A DNA stretch of 64,000 nt from an uncultured Candidatus Saccharibacteria bacterium (GCA_964500465.1 CAZCNB010000001.1:34567-98566), one strand, 5' to 3'; counted from the first letter of the stretch, positions 40,448-52,422 are shown. The notes: generated by a model from the letters alone, not told the origin. Made by a program: numbers and translations.

Positions 40448-41300
40448 TCTAAATCACTCAGAAATAAAACATGAATCAACTCTATACGCAGAGCATATTT
40501 ATCATATTGGACATTTACCAATAACAAACTCACTACTTACTAGTTGGATTGTTGTTTTCGTAATTTTAATTATATCTATAATTATAAGACTAAAACTTAA
40601 ACAAATACCTAAAGGTATTCAAAATTTCTTTGAAATAATGATAAATGGCGCTTTGTCACTTTGTGATCAAGTAACTGGAAGTAGAAAAATATCTAAAAAA
40701 GTTTTTCCTTTAGTATTCACTATATTTTTATTTATACTTCTTAATAATTGGCTTGGAATATTACCCCTAGGGGGGTTCGGTTTAATAGAGAAGAGCAGTG
40801 AAGGTTCAAGCTTTATACCTTTCATTCGTTCAGGAACAGCAGATATAAACACAACCCTTGCTCTTGCTCTCATGTCAGTTGTGGGTGCAAATATATTTGG
40901 AATAATGTCTATTGGCGTTTGGAAAACTTTTAACAAATATATTAATTTGAAATCAATTTTTGGAATATTTAAAAAAGTCAAAAAAGATCCTACTGTTTTA
41001 GTTGTGTCTCCAGTGACTTTCTTCGTTGGAGTTCTTGAATTGATAGGAGAATTTGCAAAAATTGCATCACTCTCTTTTCGTCTATTTGGAAATGTCTTTG
41101 CTGGAGAAGTGCTTTTAATGTCAATGAGTGCATTACTTGCTTATGGACTACCAATACCATTTTTATTTCTCGAAATCTTTGTTGGTGCGATTCAAGCTTT
41201 TATCTTTGCAATCTTGGTACTTGTGTATTTCACAATCGCAAGTCAAGATCATGATGAACACGAAGAACATCATAGTGAAGAAAAACTGGCGACAGTATAG
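40431..41300 (+). CDS. atpB: ATP synthase subunit a
   Basis: TADINTT, SLSFRLFGNVFAGE, IQAFIF. Confidence 0.96.
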   Translation: MENQNNLNHSEIKHESTLYAEHIYHIGHLPITNSLLTSWIVVFVILIISIIIRLKLKQIPKGIQNFFEIMINGALSLCDQVTGSRKISKKVFPLVFTIFLFILLNNWLGILPLGGFGLIEKSSEGSSFIPFIRSGTADINTTLALALMSVVGANIFGIMSIGVWKTFNKYINLKSIFGIFKKVKKDPTVLVVSPVTFFVGVLELIGEFAKIASLSFRLFGNVFAGEVLLMSMSALLAYGLPIPFLFLEIFVGAIQAFIFAILVLVYFTIASQDHDEHEEHHSEEKLATV

Positions 41301-41391
41301 CGGATGGTTCCTTTTGTAAATGTCACAGAAATGACGTTTTCAAAAGAAACTTTCTGGTAAAGTTTATTTAAAAAGTAGTCGATATTATTAG

Positions 41392-41622
<231 letters not shown>

Positions 41623-41715
41623 TATTTGCTATTTACATCTAGTCAGTTGATTCTATCGCAAGTGACTAGGAGTAAGGAGCTAAGGCTCTTTTATTAAATA
41701 ATAATTAATTACAAA

Positions 41716-42207
41716 ATGGATTCACTTATAACGACATTTCACATAGATTGGAAAATAATCATTGCTCAAGCAATAAACTTTATTGTTGTTTTTTTGGTTT
41801 TGTATTTCTTTGCTCTTAAACCTCTAGGTAAACTCATGAAAGAACGTGAGACAAAAATAGAGGGTGGTTTAAATGATGCAAAAAACAATGCAAAACTATT
41901 AGAACAAACAAAAAAAGAATATAGTGATGTAATAGCAAAAGCTAGAATAGAAGCTAGCGAAATATTTAACACAGTAAAAGTTGAAGCTGAAAACAACCGG
42001 AAGGATATTTTAGCAAAAGCTCAGATTGAAGTTGAATCTATGATAGAAAGCGGAAAGAAAACCCTCGAAAGTGAGAAAGTAAAAATGGTAGAAGAAGCAA
42101 AAGGAGAGATAGTTTCTTTGGTTGTTAAAGCAACTGAAAAATTACTGGAGTCTCATGACAAAAGTGATTATGAAAGCAAAGTAATAAAACAAATTAAAAA
42201 AGCATAA
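41716..42207 (+). CDS. atpF: ATP synthase subunit b
   Basis: N-terminal TM (AQAINF) plus coiled coil; operon position. Confidence 0.93.
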   Translation: MDSLITTFHIDWKIIIAQAINFIVVFLVLYFFALKPLGKLMKERETKIEGGLNDAKNNAKLLEQTKKEYSDVIAKARIEASEIFNTVKVEAENNRKDILAKAQIEVESMIESGKKTLESEKVKMVEEAKGEIVSLVVKATEKLLESHDKSDYESKVIKQIKKA

Positions 42208-42212
42208 AGTTT

Positions 42213-42620
42213 ATGGCCAATATATCTATTAAAAATATAGCAGAAGCAATATATGAATCCGGAAAAAACAAATCTGGAACTTCACTTGAAAGTACAATGA
42301 AAAATGCTACGAGAATATTGGATGAAAAACATTTATTAAGTAAAGCTCCACAAATTTTAGAAAAACTTCAACAAATTACAGATAAATCTGAAAATGTAGT
42401 AAGGGTAAAAATATATTCAGCTAACAAATTAACTAAAAAGGACATCGATGATATAGAAGAATCAATAAAAAAGAGATGGGGAGCAAAAGAAGTTGAAATG
42501 AGTTTAATAGAAGATAAGGGATTAATAGGCGGAATAAAGATAGAGGTTGGAGACGAAATCATAAATATGACACTTAGAAATAAGTTAGAAAAATTACAAG
42601 ATTATTTAATTAAAAACTAA
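42213..42620 (+). CDS. atpH: ATP synthase subunit delta (short)
   Basis: [14 protein letters not shown]; operon position. Confidence 0.88.
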   Translation: MANISIKNIAEAIYESGKNKSGTSLESTMKNATRILDEKHLLSKAPQILEKLQQITDKSENVVRVKIYSANKLTKKDIDDIEESIKKRWGAKEVEMSLIEDKGLIGGIKIEVGDEIINMTLRNKLEKLQDYLIKN

Positions 42621-42621
42621 T

Positions 42622-44124
42622 ATGACCAAGAATCACATTGTAGAAAATTTAAGAAAGCAGATTGAAAAATTCCAAGATGACTTAAAAGCAGAAAAAGTAG
42701 GTCATGTAGTAGAAGTTTTCGATGGTATTGCAAGAGTATCAGGCCTTTCAGATTTGAAAGCTTCAGAAATGGTGAGTTTCTCATCTGGTGCTACAGGTGT
42801 AGCACTTAACCTAGAAGAAGATTCAGTTGGAGTTATTATACTTGGAGATTTCTCTAATATTAAAGAAGGAGATGAAGTTAAAGCAACAGGTCAAATCCTT
42901 TCTGTTCCAGTAAGTGATAAACAGATAGGTCGCGTACTTTCTGCTATTGGTACACCTATAGATGGAAAGGGTGACATAAAAACCGAAAAACGAAACCCTA
43001 TAGAAAAAGTTGCTTCTGGTGTCATGAGTCGTCAATCTGTTGACCAACCAATGCAAACAGGTATTAAAGCAATTGATGCTCTTATTCCAATAGGCCGCGG
43101 ACAACGTGAACTTATCATTGGTGATCGTCAAACAGGAAAAACCGCCATCGCTATCGACACAATCCTAAACCAAAAAGGACAAAATATGATCTGTGTTTAC
43201 GTTTCAATTGGTCAAAAAGATTCTAAACTTCGCAAACTTCAAACTCGATTAGAGGAAGGTGGAGCTATGGACTACACTATTATAGTTTCTGCTGGATCAT
43301 CTGAGCCTGCATCTATGTCATATATAGCACCTTATACAGGAGTATCGATTGCAGAATACTTTATGGATCAAGGTAAAGATGTGTTAATTATTTATGATGA
43401 TCTTTCAAAGCACGCAGTTGCATATCGTGAAATCTCATTACTTCTTCGTCGTCCACCAGGTCGTGAAGCATATCCTGGAGATGTTTTTTATCTACACTCA
43501 CGTCTTTTGGAACGTGCATGCCGTAAGAACAAAGAATACGGTGGGGGTTCAATAACTGCTCTTCCAATCATTGAGACCCAAGCTGGAGACATTTCTGCAT
43601 ATATTCCTACGAACGTTATTTCTATTACAGATGGACAAATATTCCTTGAAACTGATCTTTTCTATAAAGGAGTACGACCTGCAGTGAACGTTGGGTTCTC
43701 TGTTTCTCGTGTAGGAGGAAGTGCCCAAATTAAAGCCATGAAGAAAGTTGCGGGAACTCTAAAACTTGATCTTGCTCAATTCCGTGAACTTGAAGCTTTC
43801 TCACAATTTGGTTCAGACTTAGATGAATCTACAAAACGCCAACTTGAGAGAGGAAAACGTGCTGTTGAAATACTTAAACAACCTCAATATTCTCCAGTTT
43901 CTACTATACACCAAGTGGTAACTCTATATGCACTAGTAAAAGGTTATGCAGATGAAATACCATTAGACAAAATAAAAGAATTTGAAAAAGGCCTTATTGA
44001 ATACACAGAAAGAAATGCAAAAGATTTCTATAAAGATGTAGAAGAAAAGAAAATGTGGACAGATGAGAGTGAAGCATCATTAAAGAAAGCAATTGAGGAT
44101 TTCAAAAATACATTAGTTAAATAA
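42622..44124 (+). CDS. atpA: ATP synthase subunit alpha
   Basis: [29 protein letters not shown]. Confidence 0.98.
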   Translation: MTKNHIVENLRKQIEKFQDDLKAEKVGHVVEVFDGIARVSGLSDLKASEMVSFSSGATGVALNLEEDSVGVIILGDFSNIKEGDEVKATGQILSVPVSDKQIGRVLSAIGTPIDGKGDIKTEKRNPIEKVASGVMSRQSVDQPMQTGIKAIDALIPIGRGQRELIIGDRQTGKTAIAIDTILNQKGQNMICVYVSIGQKDSKLRKLQTRLEEGGAMDYTIIVSAGSSEPASMSYIAPYTGVSIAEYFMDQGKDVLIIYDDLSKHAVAYREISLLLRRPPGREAYPGDVFYLHSRLLERACRKNKEYGGGSITALPIIETQAGDISAYIPTNVISITDGQIFLETDLFYKGVRPAVNVGFSVSRVGGSAQIKAMKKVAGTLKLDLAQFRELEAFSQFGSDLDESTKRQLERGKRAVEILKQPQYSPVSTIHQVVTLYALVKGYADEIPLDKIKEFEKGLIEYTERNAKDFYKDVEEKKMWTDESEASLKKAIEDFKNTLVK

Positions 44125-44129
44125 TTATC

Positions 44130-45050
44130 ATGCCAGGCACAAAAGAGATAAAACAACGAATAAAAAGTGTAAAGAACACGAAAAAAATCACGAAAGCAAT
44201 GGAACTTGTGGCTGCTTCAAAAATGAAGCGTGCAGTATCTCGTGCTCTTTCTTCTCGTCTATATGCAAGCTATTCTTGGGATCTGCTTACATCTCTTTCT
44301 AGTAGATTAGATGAAGTATCACACCCATTCTTTGTAGAAGAAAAAGGCAACAAAACTCTTCTCGTGCTTATTACAGCAAATGGTGGACTCTGTGGTGCTT
44401 ACAATGCTCAAGCTATTAAAAAGGCTTTATCTGTATTAAAAGCTAAAAAATCAGAAGAAATTATAGATATAGTAACTGTAGGAAAAAAGGGGGATGTAGC
44501 AATGCGTCGTATTGGTCAAAATATAGTTGCTTCATTTACTGAGATACCTGACAACAATATATCTTTGAGTGACATAGTTCCACTCGCAAAATTAATCATA
44601 GATGAATACAAAAATTCAAACTATCAGAGAATACAAGTAATATACACAGACTTTGTATCAGCTTTAACTCAAAAGGCAAACTTAAAAAAACTTCTACCGG
44701 TATCTAAAACAGACCTAAAAGAGTTCATAGAAGAAGTTGGAGAAAACAGAAAAAATAATGAAGGAGAAGTATTATCAGAAAAATCAAAAGATGTCCCATA
44801 TATATTTGATGGAAATATAGAAAAACTGGTTGAATTATTGGCAGAAAAGCTGGTCAGGATGCAAATCTACCAAATGATATTAGAATCTAGTGCATCCGAA
44901 CAATCATCTCGAATGTTAGCCATGAAAAACGCTTCAGAAGCAGCAGGAGAAATGATAGATGATCTGACACTTGTATTTAACAAAGCTCGTCAGGCAGGAA
45001 TCACACAAGAAATATCAGAAATTAGTGCGGGTATGGCAAGTATTAGTTAA
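44130..45050 (+). CDS. atpG: ATP synthase subunit gamma
   Basis: KITKAMELVAASK, GLCGAYN, RQAGITQEISEI. Confidence 0.97.
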   Translation: MPGTKEIKQRIKSVKNTKKITKAMELVAASKMKRAVSRALSSRLYASYSWDLLTSLSSRLDEVSHPFFVEEKGNKTLLVLITANGGLCGAYNAQAIKKALSVLKAKKSEEIIDIVTVGKKGDVAMRRIGQNIVASFTEIPDNNISLSDIVPLAKLIIDEYKNSNYQRIQVIYTDFVSALTQKANLKKLLPVSKTDLKEFIEEVGENRKNNEGEVLSEKSKDVPYIFDGNIEKLVELLAEKLVRMQIYQMILESSASEQSSRMLAMKNASEAAGEMIDDLTLVFNKARQAGITQEISEISAGMASIS

Positions 45051-45075
45051 AAAATTATTAGAAATTATTAATTAA

Positions 45076-46440
<1,365 letters not shown>

Positions 46441-46448
46441 TTAAAAAT

Positions 46449-46892
46449 ATGGCAAAACAATTACAACTTAAAATAGTAACACCTGAAAAACTAATTCTTG
46501 AAGATTTAGTTGAGTATGTTGTAGTGCCCACAACAGAAGGAGAGATAACAATACTTCCTGATCACGTGCCACTTATTGCAACACTTACATCGGGAGATAT
46601 CGTAGCCTACGAGGGAGGTGAGCATATTCCTATGGCAGTTGTAGGTGGATTTATAGAAGTTAAAAATTCAGATGGAAAAACAGAGGTAGCTATTTTAGCT
46701 GATTTTGCTGAACATGTTTCTGAAATCACAGAAGAAGCAATAAACACTGCTCGTACTCGTGCAGAAGAGCTAAAAAAGCAAGTAGAAAATAAAGAGGTTG
46801 TTGATTTTGAACACTTTGCAACAGAACTTGAAAGATCTCTCACTCGTGTGAAAATTGCAGATAAATGGCGAACAAGAAAATATAGGAAATAA
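46449..46892 (+). CDS. atpC: ATP synthase subunit epsilon
   Basis: IVTPE, GEITILPDH, GGFIEV. Confidence 0.95.
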   Translation: MAKQLQLKIVTPEKLILEDLVEYVVVPTTEGEITILPDHVPLIATLTSGDIVAYEGGEHIPMAVVGGFIEVKNSDGKTEVAILADFAEHVSEITEEAINTARTRAEELKKQVENKEVVDFEHFATELERSLTRVKIADKWRTRKYRK

Positions 46893-46921
46893 AAAAGGCG
46901 GGATGTACAGTCCCGCTTTTT
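46891..46921. terminator. Terminator after atp operon
   Basis: AAAAAGGCGGGA...TCCCGCTTTTT. Confidence 0.8.
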
Positions 46922-46938
46922 GTAAAAAACTTAAACAG

Positions 46939-47325
46939 TCAATCGTATTTGCTATGAACTTCTTTCTGATGCCACTTTCTCTTAAAGGATTTTTTAAAAA
47001 GTTCTTCAGTAGAAACCAGAAAATAAGTTATATAGAAAAAGATGGTAACAACAAAGAAAATTCCAACAGTAAGGAATGAATGTTTAAGGAATAAAACTAT
47101 TACAAAGAGAGCTGTAGAAGCTAAACCGATCCAGAAAACTCCTTTTTGATAATCTTCTTTGTACCCCTTGAAAATCAATCTAAGGGACACAATATGGAGC
47201 CCAAATACAATAACGATTATTTTGAATATAGAGTTTAGGGATACGTTTTCTTCTGGAAATTGGATAAAAGCATATATCCATAATCCTGGCATCAATAGGC
47301 TGAGTAAGAAGTTTATGTATTTCAT
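46939..47325 (-). CDS. Hypothetical four-TM membrane protein
   Basis: Hydrophobic 128-aa ORF with upstream TTGACA on the minus strand. Confidence 0.6.
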   Translation of the reverse strand: MKYINFLLSLLMPGLWIYAFIQFPEENVSLNSIFKIIVIVFGLHIVSLRLIFKGYKEDYQKGVFWIGLASTALFVIVLFLKHSFLTVGIFFVVTIFFYITYFLVSTEELFKKSFKRKWHQKEVHSKYD

Positions 47326-47407
47326 GGTAAACAGTTTTACTAATTAAATCATTTATATTAAATATGTCAACTAAAAAAATTAACTAAAATAAGCTATATT
47401 ATTATCT

Positions 47408-48361
47408 ATGCAGAAAGAATATAAAGTAATCCTTTTCTATAAATATGTGCATATAGATGACCCTAAAAGGGAACGTGAAGCTCAATTTGAGCTTGCAAAA
47501 CGACTAAACATGAAAGGTCGTATGATTATTGCTCATGAAGGGATAAACGGAACATTTGAAGGAAAAAATGAAGCTTGTGATGAATACATGAAAATAATGA
47601 AAGCTGATCCTAGGTTTTTTGATATTCACTGGAAAGTCAGCGATGGAACAATAGACGGTACAGCATTCCCAAGACTCTCTGTAAAAGTCCGCAAAGAGAT
47701 AGTATCACTACATCTAGGTGATGAAGCAGACATTGATCCAAACCAAACTACTGGAATACATCTTAAACCTGAAGAACTAAGAAAATGGTATGAGGAAGGT
47801 AAGAAATTTCATATTGTTGATATGAGAAATGATTACGAGCTTCGTGTTGGCAAGTTTGAAGGCACAGTCTTTCCAGATTTAAATAATTTTAGAGATCTTA
47901 AAGAAAACATAAAAAAAATTGAAGATTTAAAAGATACTACAGTTCTCACAGTTTGTACTGGAGGAGTACGTTGCGAGAAAGCATCGGGCCTGTTAGTTAG
48001 GGAAGGTTTTAAAGACGTATATCAACTAGATGGTGGAATAGTGAGTTATATGGAAAAATATCCAGGACAAGATTTTAAAGGCTCGCTCTATGTGTTTGAT
48101 AAACGTATCGTTATGAATTTTGACGACCCAAGCAAACACGAAGTGATTGGGCGCTGTAGTAAATGCGATAAACCTAGTGAGCACTATGTAAACTGTGCGA
48201 ACCTTATGTGCCATGAACACTTTATATGTTGTGAAAATTGTTTAAAAACTAGTGCAGAGGACCATCCGCCTTACGGAGAAGCTTATTGTAATACTTGGTG
48301 CAATTTAAAATGGAAGTGGTATAGGTTCAGAAAAAATTTAAAACTCAAATTTGCTAGGTAA
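47408..48361 (+). CDS. trhO: Rhodanese-domain UPF0176 protein (tRNA U34 hydroxylase TrhO-like)
   Basis: LFYKY, EGINGT, DMRNDYE, CTGGVRCEK, GSLYVFDKR, Cys-rich tail. Confidence 0.85.
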   Translation: MQKEYKVILFYKYVHIDDPKREREAQFELAKRLNMKGRMIIAHEGINGTFEGKNEACDEYMKIMKADPRFFDIHWKVSDGTIDGTAFPRLSVKVRKEIVSLHLGDEADIDPNQTTGIHLKPEELRKWYEEGKKFHIVDMRNDYELRVGKFEGTVFPDLNNFRDLKENIKKIEDLKDTTVLTVCTGGVRCEKASGLLVREGFKDVYQLDGGIVSYMEKYPGQDFKGSLYVFDKRIVMNFDDPSKHEVIGRCSKCDKPSEHYVNCANLMCHEHFICCENCLKTSAEDHPPYGEAYCNTWCNLKWKWYRFRKNLKLKFAR

Positions 48362-48375
48362 CAGTCTTTTTGTAG

Positions 48376-48422
48376 TTATCCACAGCTTTTTTATTGACTG
48401 TGAACGTTCGTTCACTTATACT
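48376..48422 (+). promoter_or_regulatory. Sigma70 promoter with SOS box in the spacer and an upstream DnaA box
   Basis: TTATCCACA 48376-84; TTGACT 48394-99, 17-nt spacer containing GTGAAC-GTTC-GTTCAC, TATACT 48417-22. Confidence 0.85.
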
Positions 48423-48460
48423 ATTTATATAGTTAATTAGTAGTAATTATTAATAAATAT

Positions 48461-48667
48461 ATGAATAGAGAACAATACGTAAAAATAATAGAAAAAGAAC
48501 TACAGGCTCTAAATAAGAGAATAGACATGAAAATTCTCCAAGGGGTTGAATACAGGAAGGAAGCCCGAGATCACAAGATACTGCAGAAGAAAATGATGCA
48601 ACATTCTCGCAAGGGAATATTTAGTAAATTCTTGACTGCTGTACCTCAATTTATGATATTCTTTTAA
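48461..48667 (+). CDS. Small hypothetical protein, first gene of lexA operon
   Basis: 68-aa ORF between SOS promoter and lexA (3-nt gap). Confidence 0.65.
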   Translation: MNREQYVKIIEKELQALNKRIDMKILQGVEYRKEARDHKILQKKMMQHSRKGIFSKFLTAVPQFMIFF

Positions 48668-48670
48668 TAT

Positions 48671-49237
48671 ATGAATGAAGATTACAAATTAAAACTCCAA
48701 TCCTTCTACCAACGAGAAAAACGCATGCCTACTTATGCAGAGATGATGAAGCTTTTTGGATTTAAATCAAAAAATGCTGTTGCACGCGTAGTTGATAAAT
48801 TCATAGAAGCAGGTATAGCGACAAAAGATCATCTTGGCCGACTACTTCCAAATGATTCCTTTAACAATGTTCCTCTCCTTGGTTCCGTAACTGCAGGATT
48901 TCCTGTAGATGTTGAAGAAGAAATGAAAGAAGCTATAAACCTAGATAACTACTTAATAAACAAAAAGGAAAATACCTATATGCTAGAAGTTGATGGTAAT
49001 TCCATGATTGACGCTCATATTGCCGATGGAGATATGGTTATTGTTGAAAAAACTAATGTAGCTCGCAACGGTGATATAGTGATAGCAAACGTTGATGGCG
49101 AATTTACAATGAAATATTTTAAAAAAGAAGGAGAGAAAGTTTGGCTGGAACCAGCAAATAAGGATTTTAAACCAATATACCCTAAACAATATTTAAATAT
49201 AAATGCAGTCGTAAAAGCTGTAATAAGAAAGTACTAA
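48671..49237 (+). CDS. lexA: LexA-family SOS repressor
   Basis: wHTH (PTYAEM...GFKSKNAV), Ala-Gly site VTAGFP, GNSM serine, TMK lysine. Confidence 0.9.
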   Translation: MNEDYKLKLQSFYQREKRMPTYAEMMKLFGFKSKNAVARVVDKFIEAGIATKDHLGRLLPNDSFNNVPLLGSVTAGFPVDVEEEMKEAINLDNYLINKKENTYMLEVDGNSMIDAHIADGDMVIVEKTNVARNGDIVIANVDGEFTMKYFKKEGEKVWLEPANKDFKPIYPKQYLNINAVVKAVIRKY

Positions 49238-49238
49238 T

Positions 49239-49532
49239 ATGAAAAAAGTAAAGAAACTTAGTCTTTTTACTGAGAGAGTTCTAAATGTTGTATCAAGTAT
49301 AAAAAGAGGTGAGACTATGACTTATAAAGAGGTAGCAACTCGTGCGGGTAGCTCAGGGGCAGCACGGGCTGTAGGTTCAATAATGAAGGCAAACTATCGA
49401 CCCAATGTACCATGTCATAGGGTTATTCGTAGTGATGGGAATATAGGAGATTATAATCGCGGTGGTAGAGGCGCAAAATTTAATAAGTTGAAAAGTGAAG
49501 GTGCTATTTTTAAAAATATTGATTATAATTAA
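49239..49532 (+). CDS. O6-alkylguanine-DNA alkyltransferase (MGMT family, single domain)
   Basis: TYKEVA, ARAVG, active-site PCHRV. Confidence 0.9.
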   Translation: MKKVKKLSLFTERVLNVVSSIKRGETMTYKEVATRAGSSGAARAVGSIMKANYRPNVPCHRVIRSDGNIGDYNRGGRGAKFNKLKSEGAIFKNIDYN

Positions 49533-49538
49533 ATCAAT

Positions 49539-50084
49539 ATGAAAGCAAAATTGATTTCAATACTTATAGGTCTAGCATTAGTAGTCGGAACCGGCACTTT
49601 AGTTTATAAAACAAAAAAACCGGTAGTCTTGCCATCCGATGAGGCTACAGAAAGTCAATCGACTATAAATAATACTAATGGGGTCCAGAATCAAATACCG
49701 GCAAGCAACAATACCACTACAACCTCCAAAAACAAATCTTTGTTCGATGACGACGATGAAGACGATGATGAGGATTTCAAAAGTAGTAGCAATTTAAATA
49801 CTACAGTAGTTACTCCTAAACCAACAACCACTACAACAACTACTACTTCAAGTGGTATTACTCTTACTACAATCGCAAAGCATAACAATAGATCTAGTTG
49901 TTGGTCAGCAGTAAACGGTAACGTATACGATTTAACTAGTTGGATACCAAATCACCCTGGAGGAGAACAAGCAATTTTGTCTATGTGTGGAGTAGATGGA
50001 TCAAATGGATACAATGGTCAACACAGTGGAGGTAAACCAGCTAGAATATTAGCAGGATTTAAAATAGGCACTCTTTCAAAATAA
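49539..50084 (+). CDS. Membrane-anchored cytochrome b5-like heme/steroid-binding protein
   Basis: HN..SCW..VYDLT..HPGG..CG.D..QH after TM anchor and Asp/Thr-rich linker. Confidence 0.88.
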   Translation: MKAKLISILIGLALVVGTGTLVYKTKKPVVLPSDEATESQSTINNTNGVQNQIPASNNTTTTSKNKSLFDDDDEDDDEDFKSSSNLNTTVVTPKPTTTTTTTTSSGITLTTIAKHNNRSSCWSAVNGNVYDLTSWIPNHPGGEQAILSMCGVDGSNGYNGQHSGGKPARILAGFKIGTLSK

Positions 50085-50086
50085 TT

Positions 50087-50482
50087 ATGAATATAAATTT
50101 AACTAGACAAGAATTTGGTTTGCATTTACTGAGGCTTGGTCTTGCTGCAGTTTTCTTGTGGTTCGGATTCTCTCAATTGATGGACGGAATACACTGGGTA
50201 ACGATAGTTCCAGATTGGGCTGTTAGCTTTCTACATCTTCCACCAGCAATGATTGTGTTATTAAATGGATCATTTGAGGTAATTATGGCTACACTTCTTG
50301 CTATGGGATTTTTCGTGAGAATAACATCACTAGTACTTGCTTTACATCTATTACTTATAGCTTTTGACTTTGGATTTACTGCTACTGGTATAAGAGACCT
50401 TGGTCTTGTAATAGCAACTCTTGCTCTTTCTTTTATATTCACGAGAAAATCTTCTATTGAAGAAGTATCAATTATAAAATAA
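50087..50482 (+). CDS. DoxX-family membrane protein
   Basis: LLRLGLAAVFLWFG, GSFE, IRDLG. Confidence 0.8.
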   Translation: MNINLTRQEFGLHLLRLGLAAVFLWFGFSQLMDGIHWVTIVPDWAVSFLHLPPAMIVLLNGSFEVIMATLLAMGFFVRITSLVLALHLLLIAFDFGFTATGIRDLGLVIATLALSFIFTRKSSIEEVSIIK

Positions 50483-50495
50483 TATTTATTCATAT

Positions 50496-50915
50496 ATGGA
50501 AATAAACATTTGGGCGGTGTTAGTGTGCACAATTTTAACTCTTGTCATAGGATTCATTTGGTATGGGCCAATTTTCGGAAAGAAATGGATGGAAATAACT
50601 GGAGCAGATAAGATGGATATGGAAAGAAGAAAAGAGATGATGAAAGGTGTATGGAAACTATATATTGCTCAAATAGCTTTAGCACTTCTTCAAGTATATG
50701 TTCTTGCTTGGTACATAAATACAATAGGAAACATATCTTCTGGTATTCATACTGCATTCTCTATATGGCTTGCATTTGTTATGCCTACTATTGCTGGAAC
50801 TGCAATGTGGAATAACGATTCAGCTAAAATATCTTGGGCTCGTTTCTTTATCCAATCTGGATATCAATTAATTATATTTATAGTATTTGGATTAATTCTT
50901 AGTTTTTGGAAATAG
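50496..50915 (+). CDS. DUF1761-type membrane protein
   Basis: GFIWYGPIFGKKW, IQSGYQL. Confidence 0.75.
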   Translation: MEINIWAVLVCTILTLVIGFIWYGPIFGKKWMEITGADKMDMERRKEMMKGVWKLYIAQIALALLQVYVLAWYINTIGNISSGIHTAFSIWLAFVMPTIAGTAMWNNDSAKISWARFFIQSGYQLIIFIVFGLILSFWK

Positions 50916-50927
50916 TAAACAAAACAA

Positions 50928-51155
50928 TTGTATATACAAGTAAAAGTAAAAACCGGTCTTAAAAAAGAAGAGATTAATCAGAAAGATGATAATCACTTTG
51001 AAATTTCTGTTAAGGAAAAAGCTGAGCGGAACCTTGCAAACAACAGAGTGGTTGAACTTATCGCTCTATATTTCAAAGTTCCAAAATCGCAAATCAAAAT
51101 TATAAATGGTCATCATAGCCCGACCAAACTTTTATCTATAAGAGATGGGGAATAA
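50928..51155 (+). CDS. DUF167 (YggU-like) protein
   Basis: ISVKEKAERNLAN, IINGHHSPTK; TTG start. Confidence 0.8.
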   Translation: MYIQVKVKTGLKKEEINQKDDNHFEISVKEKAERNLANNRVVELIALYFKVPKSQIKIINGHHSPTKLLSIRDGE

Positions 51156-51432
51156 GCAATACAAATTTATAGCAACTGTTTGGAAATGGCCAGGAGAAGG
51201 TCCATGGTATTTTGTAACTTTAGATAAAAAGATGTCAGAAGAGATACAAAACAAATATGGAAAGGGTATGATAAAGATTAGTACAACTATAGGCAAAACT
51301 ACATGGGATAATGCTCTTTTCCCTCATAAGCTATCCCAAGCATATCTACTTGCTATTAAAAAATTAGTGCGTGAGAATGAAAATATTTTTGAAGGAGACA
51401 AAGTAAAGATTAAATTTAATATTAAAAAGTGA
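51145..51432 (+). CDS. DUF1905-type protein
   Basis: WKWPGEGPWYFV, IGKTTW..LFP, YLLAIKK. Confidence 0.75.
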   Translation: MGNKQYKFIATVWKWPGEGPWYFVTLDKKMSEEIQNKYGKGMIKISTTIGKTTWDNALFPHKLSQAYLLAIKKLVRENENIFEGDKVKIKFNIKK

Positions 51433-51447
51433 TATAATGTAATCATT

Positions 51448-51843
51448 ATGAACACAATAAATATATTATATGTTTTTGGTGTTATAGGTGTAGTTGATAC
51501 ACTGTATCTTATTTATCATAAAGTTCGTGGTACTGACGTAGCGTGTGTATTTTTTCCAAAAGAATGGTGTTATAAAGTTCAGCACTCTCCTCAGAGCAAA
51601 ACATTTGGTATACCGAACTCTTATTTAGGCTTTCTAATGTACATATTAATACTTGCTATGACATATATGTTCACAACAGGATCATTAGTATTTTGGCCAA
51701 TTCAAGCAATAGTTACTTTTGGGTTTCTTTTTTCAATGTACTTTATATACATCCAAGGGTTTGTATTGAAAGCATTTTGTACTTGGTGTGTGGTATCAGC
51801 GATAAATTTTACAGTTATGATGATAGCTGTCTGGATGATTTAA
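51448..51843 (+). CDS. Vitamin K epoxide reductase (VKOR) family disulfide-formation protein
   Basis: Loop Cys pair, VQHS, FGIP, CTWC. Confidence 0.88.
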   Translation: MNTINILYVFGVIGVVDTLYLIYHKVRGTDVACVFFPKEWCYKVQHSPQSKTFGIPNSYLGFLMYILILAMTYMFTTGSLVFWPIQAIVTFGFLFSMYFIYIQGFVLKAFCTWCVVSAINFTVMMIAVWMI

Positions 51844-51846
51844 ACA

Positions 51847-52086
51847 ATGATATATATCGATGTAAGAACAAAAGAAGAATATGCTGATGGTCATAAACCA
51901 GGTGCTATACATCACGATATTATGGATATGATTTCTGGTATATATCCTCAGATAGATAGAGAAAGTGATGTAACTCTATATTGTGAATCGGGAAACCGTT
52001 CAATGATGGCAAAGACATTAATGGAAAATGCTGGATTCGTAAAAGTAATAGATGGTGGAGGTATAGAAAATTTTACTAATAAATAA
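51847..52086 (+). CDS. Single-domain rhodanese
   Basis: IDVRTKEEY..GHKPGA, YCESGNRS. Confidence 0.88.
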   Translation: MIYIDVRTKEEYADGHKPGAIHHDIMDMISGIYPQIDRESDVTLYCESGNRSMMAKTLMENAGFVKVIDGGGIENFTNK

Positions 52087-52095
52087 ATTTATAGT

Positions 52096-52332
52096 ATGAA
52101 AAAATTTAAAAATAGAAATGGAGGGTTTATTGGAATCTTGTTTATGTTAGTTGCCCTAGCAGCTATAATGATATATATAGTAAGACCAGACATAATAACA
52201 GGTAAAAAAGAAACTAAAGGAATGCTTGAACAAAATCTGGACGTAGTTCAGAAAGCAAAAGATATAAAATCAGTACTTGAAAAAAATTCAGCTAAACAAG
52301 CAGATGAAATAGATAAATTAAATCTTAATTAG
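52096..52332 (+). CDS. Small protein with prepilin-like N-terminus
   Basis: Basic leader KNRNGG|FIGIL then hydrophobic helix. Confidence 0.55.
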   Translation: MKKFKNRNGGFIGILFMLVALAAIMIYIVRPDIITGKKETKGMLEQNLDVVQKAKDIKSVLEKNSAKQADEIDKLNLN

Positions 52333-52422
52333 TATTTAATTGACAGAAGTAGACATTTGTATCCTAAAGTTAAACTGTGGATAAGTCGCTATCATTAATT
52401 TTAAATAAGAGTAATATATGTA

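Noticed and set aside
49700-49860. GAC/GAT and ACx trinucleotide runs
   Set aside because: Low-complexity Asp/Thr linker inside the cytochrome b5-like CDS, not a repeat array
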